A stretch of DNA of 64,000 nucleotides, from IMG/VR virus record IMGVR_UViG_3300007072_000008, positions 9,278 to 73,277 of that record. One strand, written 5' to 3'. A model generated the notes under the pieces. That model saw only the letters and a program-made list of their open reading frames with translations. It ran no database searches and had not been told where the DNA came from. Every line of letters starts with the position of its first letter. The stretch's first letter is position 1. This DNA is from a virus. Positions 18,690-29,335 of the stretch are shown here, one piece after another. Both the position numbers and the translations under genes were made by a program.

Positions 18690-19012
18690 ATGGCTCTTAT
18701 TAATATTACAAATACACCTACAACACCTGCAGAAAAAATAAAAGCTCATAATGAACAAGTTCTAAAATCAGCTTATGCGATAATTAAACATGCTTTTAAT
18801 ATAATAAAACGTAATGTTTGGCAAAATAAAGACCTAACACCACAGCAAGTATTTGATTTATATGGAACCGATGCAGCAGTCCTTTGTGTGCTATATCTGA
18901 TAAGGCCAAAGAGATTTTAGCTTTGGTGGGAGAAGACGTGGGACCGGTGTGCCCTGCTGATAAAACACTTACTATAAATCCAGATGGGACGGTTACAGTG
19001 GGAAATGCTTAA
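18690..19012 (+). pseudogene. frameshifted small phage protein
   Basis: GGAG RBS; removing 2 nt from tgtgtg (about 18884) gives ...LCAISDKAKEILALVG...LTINPDGTVTVGNA*. Confidence 0.6.
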
Positions 19013-19148
19013 GGGTTGCGGAACTGTTCTCTAAAACCTACGGAAATCTCGGATAACCTACGAGATGTAAAAGGAGATAAGGCAAACCTTTCAGATACTA
19101 CTGGAACGCCGAGTGTGAATTGTTTATAATTAAAAAAGAGAAGGACGA

Positions 19149-20087
19149 ATGGGTGGTAGTAATATGTCTTTTTTTAGATACCCAGGTGGTAAATCTAAAC
19201 TTCGTGATGAGATTGCAAAGTGTTTGTTTGAACAAGCCGATCATAATGGTTTGCAATACCGTGAGCCGTTCTTTGGTGGTGGCAGCATTGGTCTGAAACT
19301 ACTTCAAGATAATCCAGATATTAAGAACATTTGGATCAATGACAAAGACATAGGCATTGCGTGCCTGTGGACATCTGTAATTAGATACATTGATGATTTC
19401 AAAGACCGTGTTAATGATTTCAAGCCGTCAGTAAAAGCATTCCACGAACTAAAAACGGAATTGCAATCGCTGACAGTGATACCAAAGCAAAAAAGCAAGA
19501 TCGTTGAGATTGGCTTTAAGAAATTAGCGATACATCAGATTTCGTATTCAGGGCTTGGAACTAAATCTGGTGGCCCGCTCGGTGGAGAGAACCAAAAGTC
19601 CAAATACAAAATCGACTGTCGCTGGTCGCCAAAATATATCTGCAAAAAGGTGGATTATCTTCATGCCCAATTTGCTGGCATTTCGGTTCAAGATGAGGCT
19701 TGCACTAATTTGGATTTCGGTGATTTAATCACTGCGAACACCCACGACAGTCTGATTTATTTAGACCCACCTTATTTTGTTAAAGGCAATGACCTTTATC
19801 AGCACGGGTTTACCGAAGCGGATCACCGCCGACTTGCCGATCTATTGAGAAAGTGCAAACACTCTTGGGTGTTGTCGTATGATGATTGCCCAGAGATACG
19901 TGAATTGTATGTTTGGGCTGATTTCCATTCGCTTAATGTGAAATACAGCATTACCGCCAACAAAGATGACGAAACAGGGGAGAGAACTTCAAGAACGAAG
20001 CCAGAGTTGTTGATTTACCCCAAGAAGAAGGAACTTAATGATGTTAGAGATGCAGCAATACACACCGTCGCAGGTTCAACCAGTTAA
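19149..20087 (+). CDS. DNA adenine methyltransferase (Dam/D12 class)
   Basis: FRYPGGKS, YREPFFGGGS, WIND, YLDPPY, LSYDD. Confidence 0.93.
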   Translation: MGGSNMSFFRYPGGKSKLRDEIAKCLFEQADHNGLQYREPFFGGGSIGLKLLQDNPDIKNIWINDKDIGIACLWTSVIRYIDDFKDRVNDFKPSVKAFHELKTELQSLTVIPKQKSKIVEIGFKKLAIHQISYSGLGTKSGGPLGGENQKSKYKIDCRWSPKYICKKVDYLHAQFAGISVQDEACTNLDFGDLITANTHDSLIYLDPPYFVKGNDLYQHGFTEADHRRLADLLRKCKHSWVLSYDDCPEIRELYVWADFHSLNVKYSITANKDDETGERTSRTKPELLIYPKKKELNDVRDAAIHTVAGSTS

Positions 20088-20679
20088 GAAGACCATAGTT
20101 AATGGTGACAAAGAAGTAGAAGTGTTTGAAGTTGTAGTTGAGGGCGAAGAATATGAGAAATGTGAAGCCCAATCGACTAATATGTGGGCTAACTCAAAAA
20201 CTGGCGAGTGGGGCAGTGGATTGATGAACAATAAAGATGATCCACGAAAGACAGAAAGAACAGGCAATTTGGGAGAAATGGCATTTGCTAAAGTATTCAA
20301 CCTGCCTGTGGATTTCTCTTATAAACGTGGTGGCGACGATCAGGACTTTATGCTTTTTGGTAAGCACTCGCTGAATATCAAAAATGCTGCTCGCAATTAT
20401 GGGCAAGCACTTGTTAAAGCCGTCACCGATACAGGTTATCCAGTGCCTCCGAAAAACGACATTTATGTGTTTTCATACATTGCATCCGAAGATCGGGAAA
20501 ACAAGCGAGCCACTGTAATGCTGGTTGGGTATGAGGTCAAAGATGCTATTGTTGCTCGTGAGAAAGTTCCAGCAATTAAGGGAAAGCATTTGAACTATGC
20601 AATCCCTTATAATGAATTGAAGCCAATCAGTCGTCTTTTTGAGGCATATCAGAAACACCAAACAAAGAAAGCAGCATGA
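20038..20679 (+). CDS. putative type II restriction endonuclease (PD-(D/E)xK-like)
   Basis: coupled to the MTase; GNLGEMAF...GGDDQDF...LNIKN pattern. Confidence 0.55.
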   Translation: MMLEMQQYTPSQVQPVKKTIVNGDKEVEVFEVVVEGEEYEKCEAQSTNMWANSKTGEWGSGLMNNKDDPRKTERTGNLGEMAFAKVFNLPVDFSYKRGGDDQDFMLFGKHSLNIKNAARNYGQALVKAVTDTGYPVPPKNDIYVFSYIASEDRENKRATVMLVGYEVKDAIVAREKVPAIKGKHLNYAIPYNELKPISRLFEAYQKHQTKKAA

Positions 20680-20810
20680 CATTCGGAGAGTTCAAAGACC
20701 AGTTAGCCAGTTTTCCAGATGATTGGGAAATCACTTTTGCTGGTGGGATGATTGTTTGTCGTCTCAAGCAACGAGATGTAAAGATGGTAAACGTAGAATT
20801 TGATGCTTAA
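20676..20810 (+). CDS. small hypothetical protein MTFGEFKDQL...
   Basis: ATGA overlap with the upstream stop; 44 aa, below the ORF-track cutoff. Confidence 0.5.
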   Translation: MTFGEFKDQLASFPDDWEITFAGGMIVCRLKQRDVKMVNVEFDA

Positions 20811-21839
20811 ACATCATCCTAACGGTGGTAGTTTGTGTCTGCCGATTGGGGAAGTAATTGGTGATAAAATAGAATGGGACGTAGTGCTATTCAAATACAG
20901 CGATAATGGCAATCAAATTAAACAGGAGATCGAACGTAATCAGAAGCAAATCGAGTCAATGATAGAGATAGCCAACAAGCAGGTATCCCAGATACGGTCG
21001 AAGAGATATAAATTTCATCACATAATGCCATAGTGAAAAAGGGGAAAAAGCAACGGGCTGAAATCATCATTCAGAACGTGCATAATCAATACGTGGAAAT
21101 GCTAATCCAAATCAACAACAATGTAAGTGAAGACGTGAATAATGTAATTTAATCAGCATAACAACAATCTTGGTGGAGATGTTAATAATGCCGTTGCATA
21201 ACGGGGCAATGTGACACAGACGCTTGTGACTGGAAACAGGGTTGCTGTCGATCAACCCAAGGATAACTTCCTGACCATTTTGTGGAAGAAGGCAAAACAG
21301 CTTTTCAAGTGGCTGTTTGGGATGAAATGACCCCAGAAGAAAAGAAACAAACTCTCATTGCAAGCGGTTGGGAACCAGTCATGGAAGGCAATCATCAACT
21401 TTGGCTCGACCCAGAAGACGAGACAAGGGACGATCCAACTACATTCGTTGGATTGAATAATTTGGCTGCGATAACTTCCGACCAACATAACTCAATATTG
21501 GTCAATGGTCGCATCCTCAAGAGCATCAATCAGTGGTATAATAAACATCCGAGCAAAACCAACTCTCGCAAGCGACATTTTCGCTTGGAGAACTACTTTC
21601 ACCACGTTTTCAAGATGATTGTCAAAAACTGTATCAGGCACGGACGGTGAAGGTCAGACGATTGATGGCTCAAACTCTAAAAAGTAAGGAAATCTTGTCA
21701 ATCATAGATTTCCGTAGGTTTTAAGGAACGGTATAAATAGATTGGAGCAATAAACACGGATATAGAAACTTCGGGTAATTAGGATGATTCTGCTACTCTA
21801 ATCTCTCCTGCTTTTACTGAGGAATTTGATACCACAGAG

Positions 21840-22238
21840 TCACATACTATAATTTACCCACAAAATAATATCGCATTCAAAAAAGCATTTTTTCCTCTGT
21901 ATTCCAATAACAGGCAAATAATTCTTATTTCCCTCTTGTTGTTTACGAGCTATGAAAGCTTCGGGTTCTTCTCCGGTTAGCAAAAAGTTATTCATTACTT
22001 CAGCCGCGATTGGTTGTATGTCTGACCCTAGTTCGACACTTTTATTAATTGTGATAGTCCAATCTATAGTCGGCAGATCTGATATGTATATATCTTTGAC
22101 TTCAAAATCTTTTATAACAGGTCCATCTCCCAGTACAGATGAAGTAATTATTTCTTTCATAGAAGGATATTGATGTATGCATTTCTTTACTAAAGATAAA
22201 AAGTCAGCTAAAGGAATGCGGCATAGATCAGCATCCAC
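21840..22238 (-). CDS. hypothetical protein
   Basis: 132-aa ORF abutting the upstream gene. Confidence 0.55.
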   Translation of the reverse strand: MDADLCRIPLADFLSLVKKCIHQYPSMKEIITSSVLGDGPVIKDFEVKDIYISDLPTIDWTITINKSVELGSDIQPIAAEVMNNFLLTGEEPEAFIARKQQEGNKNYLPVIGIQRKKCFFECDIILWVNYSM

Positions 22239-22487
22239 CTACTCGTCTCCTAGTAATTGAACTATATTTTTGCCAAAGTGATTATTTGGAAAATCGAAAC
22301 TAAATGTGGTATTTGCTTTTTTTGCAGAAGCATTGGCCATTACACCTCGATTAATTTTAAAATCGTAATCCAATAGGTGTGGAATGTTGTTATTGTTATT
22401 TGCCCATATGTCAATAGCAAAATTAGCCAAAGCTTCAGCATGTTTTTCATTCAATAGGTTCAGTAGCTGTTTTGTTTTTTCGTTCAT
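22239..22487 (-). CDS. hypothetical protein
   Basis: 82-aa ORF with GAGG RBS. Confidence 0.55.
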   Translation of the reverse strand: MNEKTKQLLNLLNEKHAEALANFAIDIWANNNNNIPHLLDYDFKINRGVMANASAKKANTTFSFDFPNNHFGKNIVQLLGDE

Positions 22488-22494
22488 AAATTCC

Positions 22495-23460
22495 TCAGTT
22501 AATATAATGATCGATACCTAAATCTTGTTTTTTGTAATTTTCTATATCATACAAGCATCGATCCCCATATGTTTGAGCGACATGGGAGATTAATGTTTCA
22601 CTATGAGTGACTATAAAAAATTGTTTATCAGGAAATGTGGTTATCATTTGATCTAATGCTCGGGTTTGTCTTTTATAGTAGATTTCTTTTTCAAAAGAAT
22701 CTATGACAACCACACTGGCTTGATTTATATAATTACTATCACACAAATGGGCTATCATTGTAGCTAATTTTTTTTCTCCACCACTAAATGATTTGTAGTG
22801 GACCTTAACACCATATTTGTTGATCACAAAATCATTATAAAAATCCAAGGTATGTAAATACTCTGCGTCATCCCAAATAGACCTTACTAATTCTTCATTA
22901 TGTTTAACAAAATTACAGTCAAAATTATATATTATTTTGGCTAAAGATAAAAACTTTTCGCCGTCCTGTACCGCTACTTGAAATTTCGAAGTATTAATTG
23001 GATTGTCAGCATCAATATAGTAAGCATATCCGGCACGGTCTAAACAGGTTTGCACCACACCAAAATTATTGTATTCTACTGTGCCTATTTCACCACTAGA
23101 ACGGTTCACTAAGTGGGCCAGTATATTCATGTTGTAAACCGAAGACAAACCTTCTTTTTCTTTGATAAATTGATATGTATCATAGTCTTCGTTAAATACT
23201 AGTTTTTTTAACAACAAGGAATTGTCTCGATCTATTAGCCGCGGAGAATTATATACTAAATTAATAGCTTGCAATAAGGAGGTTTTTCCAGAACCATTAG
23301 GTGCAAATATTAAATACACAGGTTTAAAGGTATCGTCTATGAATGTAAACGTAATATCCCTATAACCCATAAAATTTTGCAAACGAATATCCTTCAAGTA
23401 CCACATGTTACTATATCGGCCTGTTGGTGTAGCTATTGAATTAATTAACGACCGTAACAT
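22495..23460 (-). CDS. ABC/SMC-type ATPase (AAA_21 / AbiEii-like)
   Basis: LQNFMGY, APNGSGKT, FSGGEKK signature, VVIDSFE, VTHS H-loop. Confidence 0.85.
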   Translation of the reverse strand: MLRSLINSIATPTGRYSNMWYLKDIRLQNFMGYRDITFTFIDDTFKPVYLIFAPNGSGKTSLLQAINLVYNSPRLIDRDNSLLLKKLVFNEDYDTYQFIKEKEGLSSVYNMNILAHLVNRSSGEIGTVEYNNFGVVQTCLDRAGYAYYIDADNPINTSKFQVAVQDGEKFLSLAKIIYNFDCNFVKHNEELVRSIWDDAEYLHTLDFYNDFVINKYGVKVHYKSFSGGEKKLATMIAHLCDSNYINQASVVVIDSFEKEIYYKRQTRALDQMITTFPDKQFFIVTHSETLISHVAQTYGDRCLYDIENYKKQDLGIDHYIN

Positions 23461-23567
23461 TACATATAGCTAATTTTATTAATTATATTTTAAGTCTACA
23501 TGTTGAAAGTGTTGAAGTGGTTTTTGTTCTAAGTATGTTTTAAATGATAATTATTTAACTGATCTTA

Positions 23568-24791
23568 TTATTCTATAAGCCAACGTATAATTAAATCGTT
23601 AGATGTAAACTGTGTTGTGTTTGCGTATTGTTTTATTATATCCCATAATTCGGCATTATCTAATAATGACTGTTCCGGTGCTTCTAAAGAAAACCATTCA
23701 GCCTCATTATAATTCTGTAAAAAATAGGCTCTATACTTTGGATCTTCGGTGAATTTTTTTATAGTATTTTTAACAGGTCCAAAGTGAGCATATTCATAGG
23801 TAATATTAGATAGTCGTTTAATTGATTTTATCTGATCTTTGGTAGAACATTTAAGTTTTTCTCTGTTTATAGGTAACTTGTCATTTATATATTTATTTTT
23901 TACTTCTTCTTTTGCTTCGCAATATAGTTTATCTTGTAAGCCATTATGAATCACTATATATAACATTTGTTCTTTCGCAGGTAGTGCTTTAAATTGCTCA
24001 TCAGGCAAAACCTGTAACCTTTTTATGATTTGTTCATCTTCTGGTGAGATGGGTACATATTTTAATTGATTCATAGCATTTTTTAGTTCTGGAATAATTT
24101 TAAACACCTCTTTCCAATTAGATTCCACACTGTCTTGATCGGTATTGTTTTTGCTGGTTAAGATGGGCTTATTATTAACGGTAATTTGTAGCGCAAATAT
24201 TTTATAATCATCTGTATTTGGGGCTTGTTTTCTCAGTCCAAAATAAAAAGTAGATCGCAGTTTGTTGAATCTATATGTATAAAAAAGGTTTTTAGATGCC
24301 TCCGTTCTAGATACGCACCATGTTGTAGGTACGACTTTATTAATTTCACGATCTAATTTATTCCGAATGGCTACACATGCTTGAGGATTGTCTCCTCTGT
24401 ACAAATCAATTTGATTGTCACTATAAACAGGCTCTGGCCCATCTTGTGCTGGTGCTGAATAATTAGTTTTATCTTTTTCTGCTTTGTTTATGGTTTCTAT
24501 AGCAGTGAGCACTTCGTTTTTTAATTCATCAAACGACTGAATTTGTTGAATGTTTTTAACTATTCCTGTTATTTGACGATATCGTTCACGATATTGTTCA
24601 AATAAATCTATATATCTATTAATTTCTTGAGCAAATTGGTGTAAATCGGGTATAGATTCAATAGATTTTTTGCTTTTACATTGTTTATACTGTTCTTCAT
24701 TTATAATGCCTTGATTCCGCATTATCTTTAAAATAATATCTAATTTACGTCCTCTACCAATAGCAAATTTTAATATTTTATACCACTGCAT
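23568..24791 (-). CDS. phage protein, paralog of 12145..14301, MQWYK tag
   Basis: MQWYKILKFA; WCVSR..NLFYTYR..TFYFG..FALQI..IPEL. Confidence 0.8.
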   Translation of the reverse strand: MQWYKILKFAIGRGRKLDIILKIMRNQGIINEEQYKQCKSKKSIESIPDLHQFAQEINRYIDLFEQYRERYRQITGIVKNIQQIQSFDELKNEVLTAIETINKAEKDKTNYSAPAQDGPEPVYSDNQIDLYRGDNPQACVAIRNKLDREINKVVPTTWCVSRTEASKNLFYTYRFNKLRSTFYFGLRKQAPNTDDYKIFALQITVNNKPILTSKNNTDQDSVESNWKEVFKIIPELKNAMNQLKYVPISPEDEQIIKRLQVLPDEQFKALPAKEQMLYIVIHNGLQDKLYCEAKEEVKNKYINDKLPINREKLKCSTKDQIKSIKRLSNITYEYAHFGPVKNTIKKFTEDPKYRAYFLQNYNEAEWFSLEAPEQSLLDNAELWDIIKQYANTTQFTSNDLIIRWLIE

Positions 24792-24899
24792 AAATTAAAC
24801 CTTTTATGGTTTCTAAATATCTTTTTGTATACAATAATCTACAAAATTTTAAAGCATATATGTTCTATTTTAACGTTTATAAACAATTTCCTTGTTTTT

Positions 24900-25100
24900 A
24901 TTGATTTTTTTATCTACTTGCATATAGTCAATATCACTTTGAGTGTCAGCTATTCCGTTTTGTTTTACTGCTTCTAAGACTATTTTTCTAATATGACTAA
25001 AATGCTTGCAATAATTTAGAACTAACCCATTTGTTTTTTACTGCTTCTAAAACAAAATTGGGGACTACTTCTTTGTCTGTTCTAAATATGCCCACGTCCT
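24900..25100 (-). pseudogene. remnant of a DUF4116-like repeat protein
   Basis: broken frames reading FVLEAVK..NGLVL and RKIVLEAVKQNG. Confidence 0.55.
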
Positions 25101-25374
25101 TTAAACTATAGCCATTTAGATTTACTGCTGACAAGGCTCTTGGTTCCACCAGGCACCTTTAAAGAATTTTCTATAATAGTTTAAGGAAGGGGTTTGTTCT
25201 CTGCAAAAAATTCTTACATAGAATAGCTAATTTGCCTAAGAAAACTTTTTCTCGACTTTGTGAACACTTTAAATTAAACATTATTTTTATGGTATTATTA
25301 TTATTATTATTATTTAATTCGGTTTATACAATTCCTTTAAAGGAAAAGCATTATTTTCTGGGAAAGTTAAAGTT

Positions 25375-27453
25375 ATGACTGATATTCGACTAAATATAAA
25401 CAGACCAACTCAATTAGTTTGTGAAGTTTCATTAACATTAGGGTGTTTATCTGAATTGCCCGCAGAAAATACAAACACTACAGTTCCTTTTAGATATAGT
25501 ATTATTGAAGGATCTGGTATTACGGTAATTGATGTGAAGCTATATGCTTTTGCTGATTATTATGAATTGCACATATATCTTAATGATGTCCATGATGGAT
25601 ATTGTCATATAATTTGGTCTGAATCAGATACAATTACGGTATCTGAGTTTTCTAAGACTGGTTGGACGATTGTTGTGGGTAATGGATCTTGGGCAGAAAT
25701 ATGGTTAGATTTAACTACTATTTCACTTTCTTCTAGTTCTACAACTGAATTTTCTGGTAATGTGGTAATTTTATACCGACAAAATGATGTTGACAGTCTA
25801 GAGTTTGCAAATTACTATAAAGATAAGCATAATTTATCTGAAGGATCTTTAATCCCACTCCCCTGTTCGTTAGATGAGATATTAGCTTCTTATCAAGATT
25901 TTTACGATCAAATTGAAAGCCCCTTGATAAATCAATTAGGAGAATTATTATTAGGTTCAGAATATACGAAAAGTATAGTGAAATATATAATAGTGGGATT
26001 TCATGTTCCTGGCGGTTTTATTGATAATGGGGATGTAATTGCTACAACATCTAGGTTGGCTAGAATTAATTTCCCATATGTTAAGAAAACAGACAATCCT
26101 ATATATGCTCCAGCTTTATATGATACTTCGCAAATAGATCTCGATGAGGTCATTATTTGTTCCCGAATTGATGCCCCGACTTTAGCAAATGCTAAATTTA
26201 TAGTAGATAACGCTATCACAATTTCTAAACAAGGGTATGCTAATGGTCAATTCTATTTCGATAAAATAGCCGCTTCTAATGAATATAATGACGCATATGC
26301 ATTAGTATTAGAAGATTTTGAAAACACAGTGCTACCACAGTTAAATATGACCGTTTTTCGTACTTATGCATGGGATGAAAATACTGATGTGCCATTATTT
26401 AGACTAAAAAACGATAGTATAGTATGGGCTTTTGAGGCAGACAGAGCTGGTTATACATATTTTGAACCCACAAAATATTCTCGTTGTTTTTGCTATAATG
26501 CGGATACTGATGGGGCATATACGGTTAGAGATGTTAATGCTGCCCGTTGGCCTATGTTAGCCCTACTGTCTGGATATGCATCCACTGCTGGAGCAATGTC
26601 TGATCCAACGGTAGATGGGTATTTGTCACCCTCTCCGTTCTTTGACGCATTATTACAAGGGTATACAGTCGGAGAAGCTTTCGTTCGTAGTGTCCCTTTT
26701 TTAAATTGGACAGTGGGGTTATTTGGTGATCCTTTATTGACTTTTAGATTTCCGCAGGGGCCAAGTAAAACATACACTATCTCTGAAATTAATACTATTG
26801 AACAAACTGCAGAAAACATAGCTGATAGTATTGCCTTTAATATTGCAAGACAAAACGCACTAACTAGCATAACAAATATTATACTTGGATATACAGATAA
26901 CATAGCAGTAAAAGATAAATTATTTAACGCAGCAGTCACTATGAAAGGCAGAGCAGAATTGATTAATGATTCCTATTATACTAAGCTGATAAATAGTTTC
27001 TTTCAATTTGCACCTAATATAAATAGTTTATTATTAAAACATAACACAAAAATATCCAGTTTATTAAATGAAACTTTAGGTAATAATGTTGTAGATTCTA
27101 ATAATCTATATGTTAATGGACAGTGGCATATAGATCATGTTCTGACTAGATCTTCAGGATTTTTTAGATATCATTTTGTGATAGAGGCTTCAGTGTATAG
27201 TGATTTTTTGAATCCTTTTGCAACAATTGATAGTGAAATATCATTAAACGGATGGTTTTATGAAAAAAATCAAGATGAATTTGTGGCAATTCCTGCCAAT
27301 GGTGTTGCAGCTAATTTTGCCGGAAGAAGAATAAGATATATAGGTTCGTTTCCGATCACACGCGGCACAATGTTTTATGTGAGAATAAGGCAAAGAGATA
27401 ATCTATCTCAATTAACTGAGTGGGTGAATATTAATAAGGTTGGAAATACATAA
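25375..27453 (+). CDS. TIGR03790-like protein, probably virion-associated
   Basis: VVILY..ND.DS..FANYY, SRIDAPT, G..STAGAMSDP, GYTVGEAF...LNWTVGLFGDPL. Confidence 0.7.
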   Translation: MTDIRLNINRPTQLVCEVSLTLGCLSELPAENTNTTVPFRYSIIEGSGITVIDVKLYAFADYYELHIYLNDVHDGYCHIIWSESDTITVSEFSKTGWTIVVGNGSWAEIWLDLTTISLSSSSTTEFSGNVVILYRQNDVDSLEFANYYKDKHNLSEGSLIPLPCSLDEILASYQDFYDQIESPLINQLGELLLGSEYTKSIVKYIIVGFHVPGGFIDNGDVIATTSRLARINFPYVKKTDNPIYAPALYDTSQIDLDEVIICSRIDAPTLANAKFIVDNAITISKQGYANGQFYFDKIAASNEYNDAYALVLEDFENTVLPQLNMTVFRTYAWDENTDVPLFRLKNDSIVWAFEADRAGYTYFEPTKYSRCFCYNADTDGAYTVRDVNAARWPMLALLSGYASTAGAMSDPTVDGYLSPSPFFDALLQGYTVGEAFVRSVPFLNWTVGLFGDPLLTFRFPQGPSKTYTISEINTIEQTAENIADSIAFNIARQNALTSITNIILGYTDNIAVKDKLFNAAVTMKGRAELINDSYYTKLINSFFQFAPNINSLLLKHNTKISSLLNETLGNNVVDSNNLYVNGQWHIDHVLTRSSGFFRYHFVIEASVYSDFLNPFATIDSEISLNGWFYEKNQDEFVAIPANGVAANFAGRRIRYIGSFPITRGTMFYVRIRQRDNLSQLTEWVNINKVGNT

Positions 27454-29300
27454 TGTTGTCAGCAGCTAATTATCAAAATATTGTTTGTGAATTAGAAAAA
27501 GCTATTGTTGCAGGCTCAAACGCTTATTCTAAACTAATATCGGCAATTTCAATTGTTAATAATTCTGGTTTGACTGCATCTCGGACGGGTTCATTGTTAG
27601 ATCAGTTAGATAAAACTATAATACAATTATACAATATAGGTGGAGCATTCCCAGAATTGGTATCGTTTGCCAGAGCATTAAATGCACACATTGTCGAGTA
27701 TTATGGCAATTTTAGTGTTTTTTTGTCTACCTATAAAATATCTATACCGGTCAATACGGCGGTCATGTTTAATAGTATTGGATATTCTGTTCCCGTTGAT
27801 AATATTTATAACTGTTCTTCAATGGTAGTTAATTCTTTTGTGGCTTATGATGCAACAATAGGACCGGATGGTAATAGGTGGGCTATAGAAGTGAGCGGTG
27901 TACCTTGTTATAAAAGAGCTACGTGGATATCACCTAGTCAGATGACAAGTGATGGACATACATTGGATCCACTATATGCTCCCACAGTTGCTAGAGTGAC
28001 AAGAGATGGGGGGACACTATGGGGAGGTGTTGTTATTAGCAGTGCCGAGGCTAAATATTTTGACATACTAGATTTTGAGCCTTGGATGCCAGCACATACA
28101 AAAAACAATGTGCCAGTTTCTTGGGAAGAAGACAAAATTAATTTGCAAACTATATTAGCGTGGATAGATGCTTATAGAAATGAATGGCCAGAAGCAGTTA
28201 TCGGTTTTTATCCAACTTCTTTGTTTATACCTCCTGATGTTCCTTATTATTCAGGGGCATGGCCTAGAATGGGAGATACAAGGGAAGATTTAATTACGTC
28301 TGGTCCATATCGATCAACAGATTTTTCCCAATCGCAACAGTTAGCATATATCGAAAGAATGAAAGAATATAGTACTCCTTTGATAGAAAAATTGGATTAT
28401 TTAGCACCTGATTTTTATTTATTAGGTAGGAAAGAGATTGAAAGGGATTTTGCTTTTTTTGAAAGCTTTGTTAATATCTTTTCTTCTTTCAATAAACCAA
28501 TATACCCGTTTATTTGGGGAATATGGCATAGTGCATTTCCATATCGGACTATAGATATAAATGTTACTGAAATAACTGTTACTATTATGAGTGCTACGCA
28601 AGCTATATGGACGTTCCCACAAACATTTACTCAACGTTTGCCTGATGAGGGTTCTTTAACTGTAGCTGATGTAATTGGACTTAAAATAGGTTCTTTATCT
28701 CCTACTTCTATATCTTCTACTTATTCTCCTGGTATAACAGTTAATTACACTGACACTTCAGCGGGCACTTGGTATTTTGAATCAGCTAATGTAAATCTTG
28801 GTTTTACAGGAGGAGGTTTTCCAGATTCTAGCGGTACTACGGTAGCATTTCCTCAACCAACTACAGAAGAATTAACTCGTTATGTGAATTTTATGCAAGA
28901 ACATTGTGATGGTTGTATAGTTTGGGGAGGTAGTGCGGCTGATAATGTTAATCTTTGGGATATAATAGCCCGAGAAGTTCCCGTGTTTATTGAGTTGTCT
29001 TCTTCCTCTTCTTCATCATTCAATAATGAATCAGTAGTATTAAACGTAAGTAGATTATCATCTACGGATATCGCTTGGACTTTTAATGTTGCTTTTACAA
29101 ATGAGTCGTTTGAAATAGAGGAGCTTGTAACCTTGTTAGTGGGCGAACATGAACCTATAGAAGTTATTTCTGTAGCATCGCCCATAATTATATTAAAATA
29201 CCCAGACAATAATGCCACTACATGGTCTGTGTTAGCTAATTCAAATATAGTTTTTATCGACGGAAGTAATATTACTGAAGACACGGGGACAATTATTTAA
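27453..29300 (+). CDS. putative virion protein with a glycoside-hydrolase-like TIM-barrel and beta-rich inserts
   Basis: ILDFEPW, LDYLAPDFY, KPIYPFIW, DGCIVWG barrel motifs; Ser-rich linker. Confidence 0.5.
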   Translation: MLSAANYQNIVCELEKAIVAGSNAYSKLISAISIVNNSGLTASRTGSLLDQLDKTIIQLYNIGGAFPELVSFARALNAHIVEYYGNFSVFLSTYKISIPVNTAVMFNSIGYSVPVDNIYNCSSMVVNSFVAYDATIGPDGNRWAIEVSGVPCYKRATWISPSQMTSDGHTLDPLYAPTVARVTRDGGTLWGGVVISSAEAKYFDILDFEPWMPAHTKNNVPVSWEEDKINLQTILAWIDAYRNEWPEAVIGFYPTSLFIPPDVPYYSGAWPRMGDTREDLITSGPYRSTDFSQSQQLAYIERMKEYSTPLIEKLDYLAPDFYLLGRKEIERDFAFFESFVNIFSSFNKPIYPFIWGIWHSAFPYRTIDINVTEITVTIMSATQAIWTFPQTFTQRLPDEGSLTVADVIGLKIGSLSPTSISSTYSPGITVNYTDTSAGTWYFESANVNLGFTGGGFPDSSGTTVAFPQPTTEELTRYVNFMQEHCDGCIVWGGSAADNVNLWDIIAREVPVFIELSSSSSSSFNNESVVLNVSRLSSTDIAWTFNVAFTNESFEIEELVTLLVGEHEPIEVISVASPIIILKYPDNNATTWSVLANSNIVFIDGSNITEDTGTII

Positions 29301-29335
29301 AAGGATTTTGCGTGGTTTTTAATTAACTATATTTT

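Larger units (their letters stand above)
19026..21729. mobile_element. inverted-repeat-bounded cassette carrying an R-M system, no transposase
   Basis: left gttctctaaaacctacggaaatct (19026-19049) versus reverse complement of the right end gttccttaaaacctacggaaatct (21706-21729), 22/24 identical; interior visibly GC-richer. Confidence 0.7.

Noticed and set aside
20800-21650. ORFs 20800..21033 and 21282..21650 as intact genes
   Set aside because: Non-ATG starts, no RBS and frame switches suggest gene fragments inside the cassette; no function assignable.
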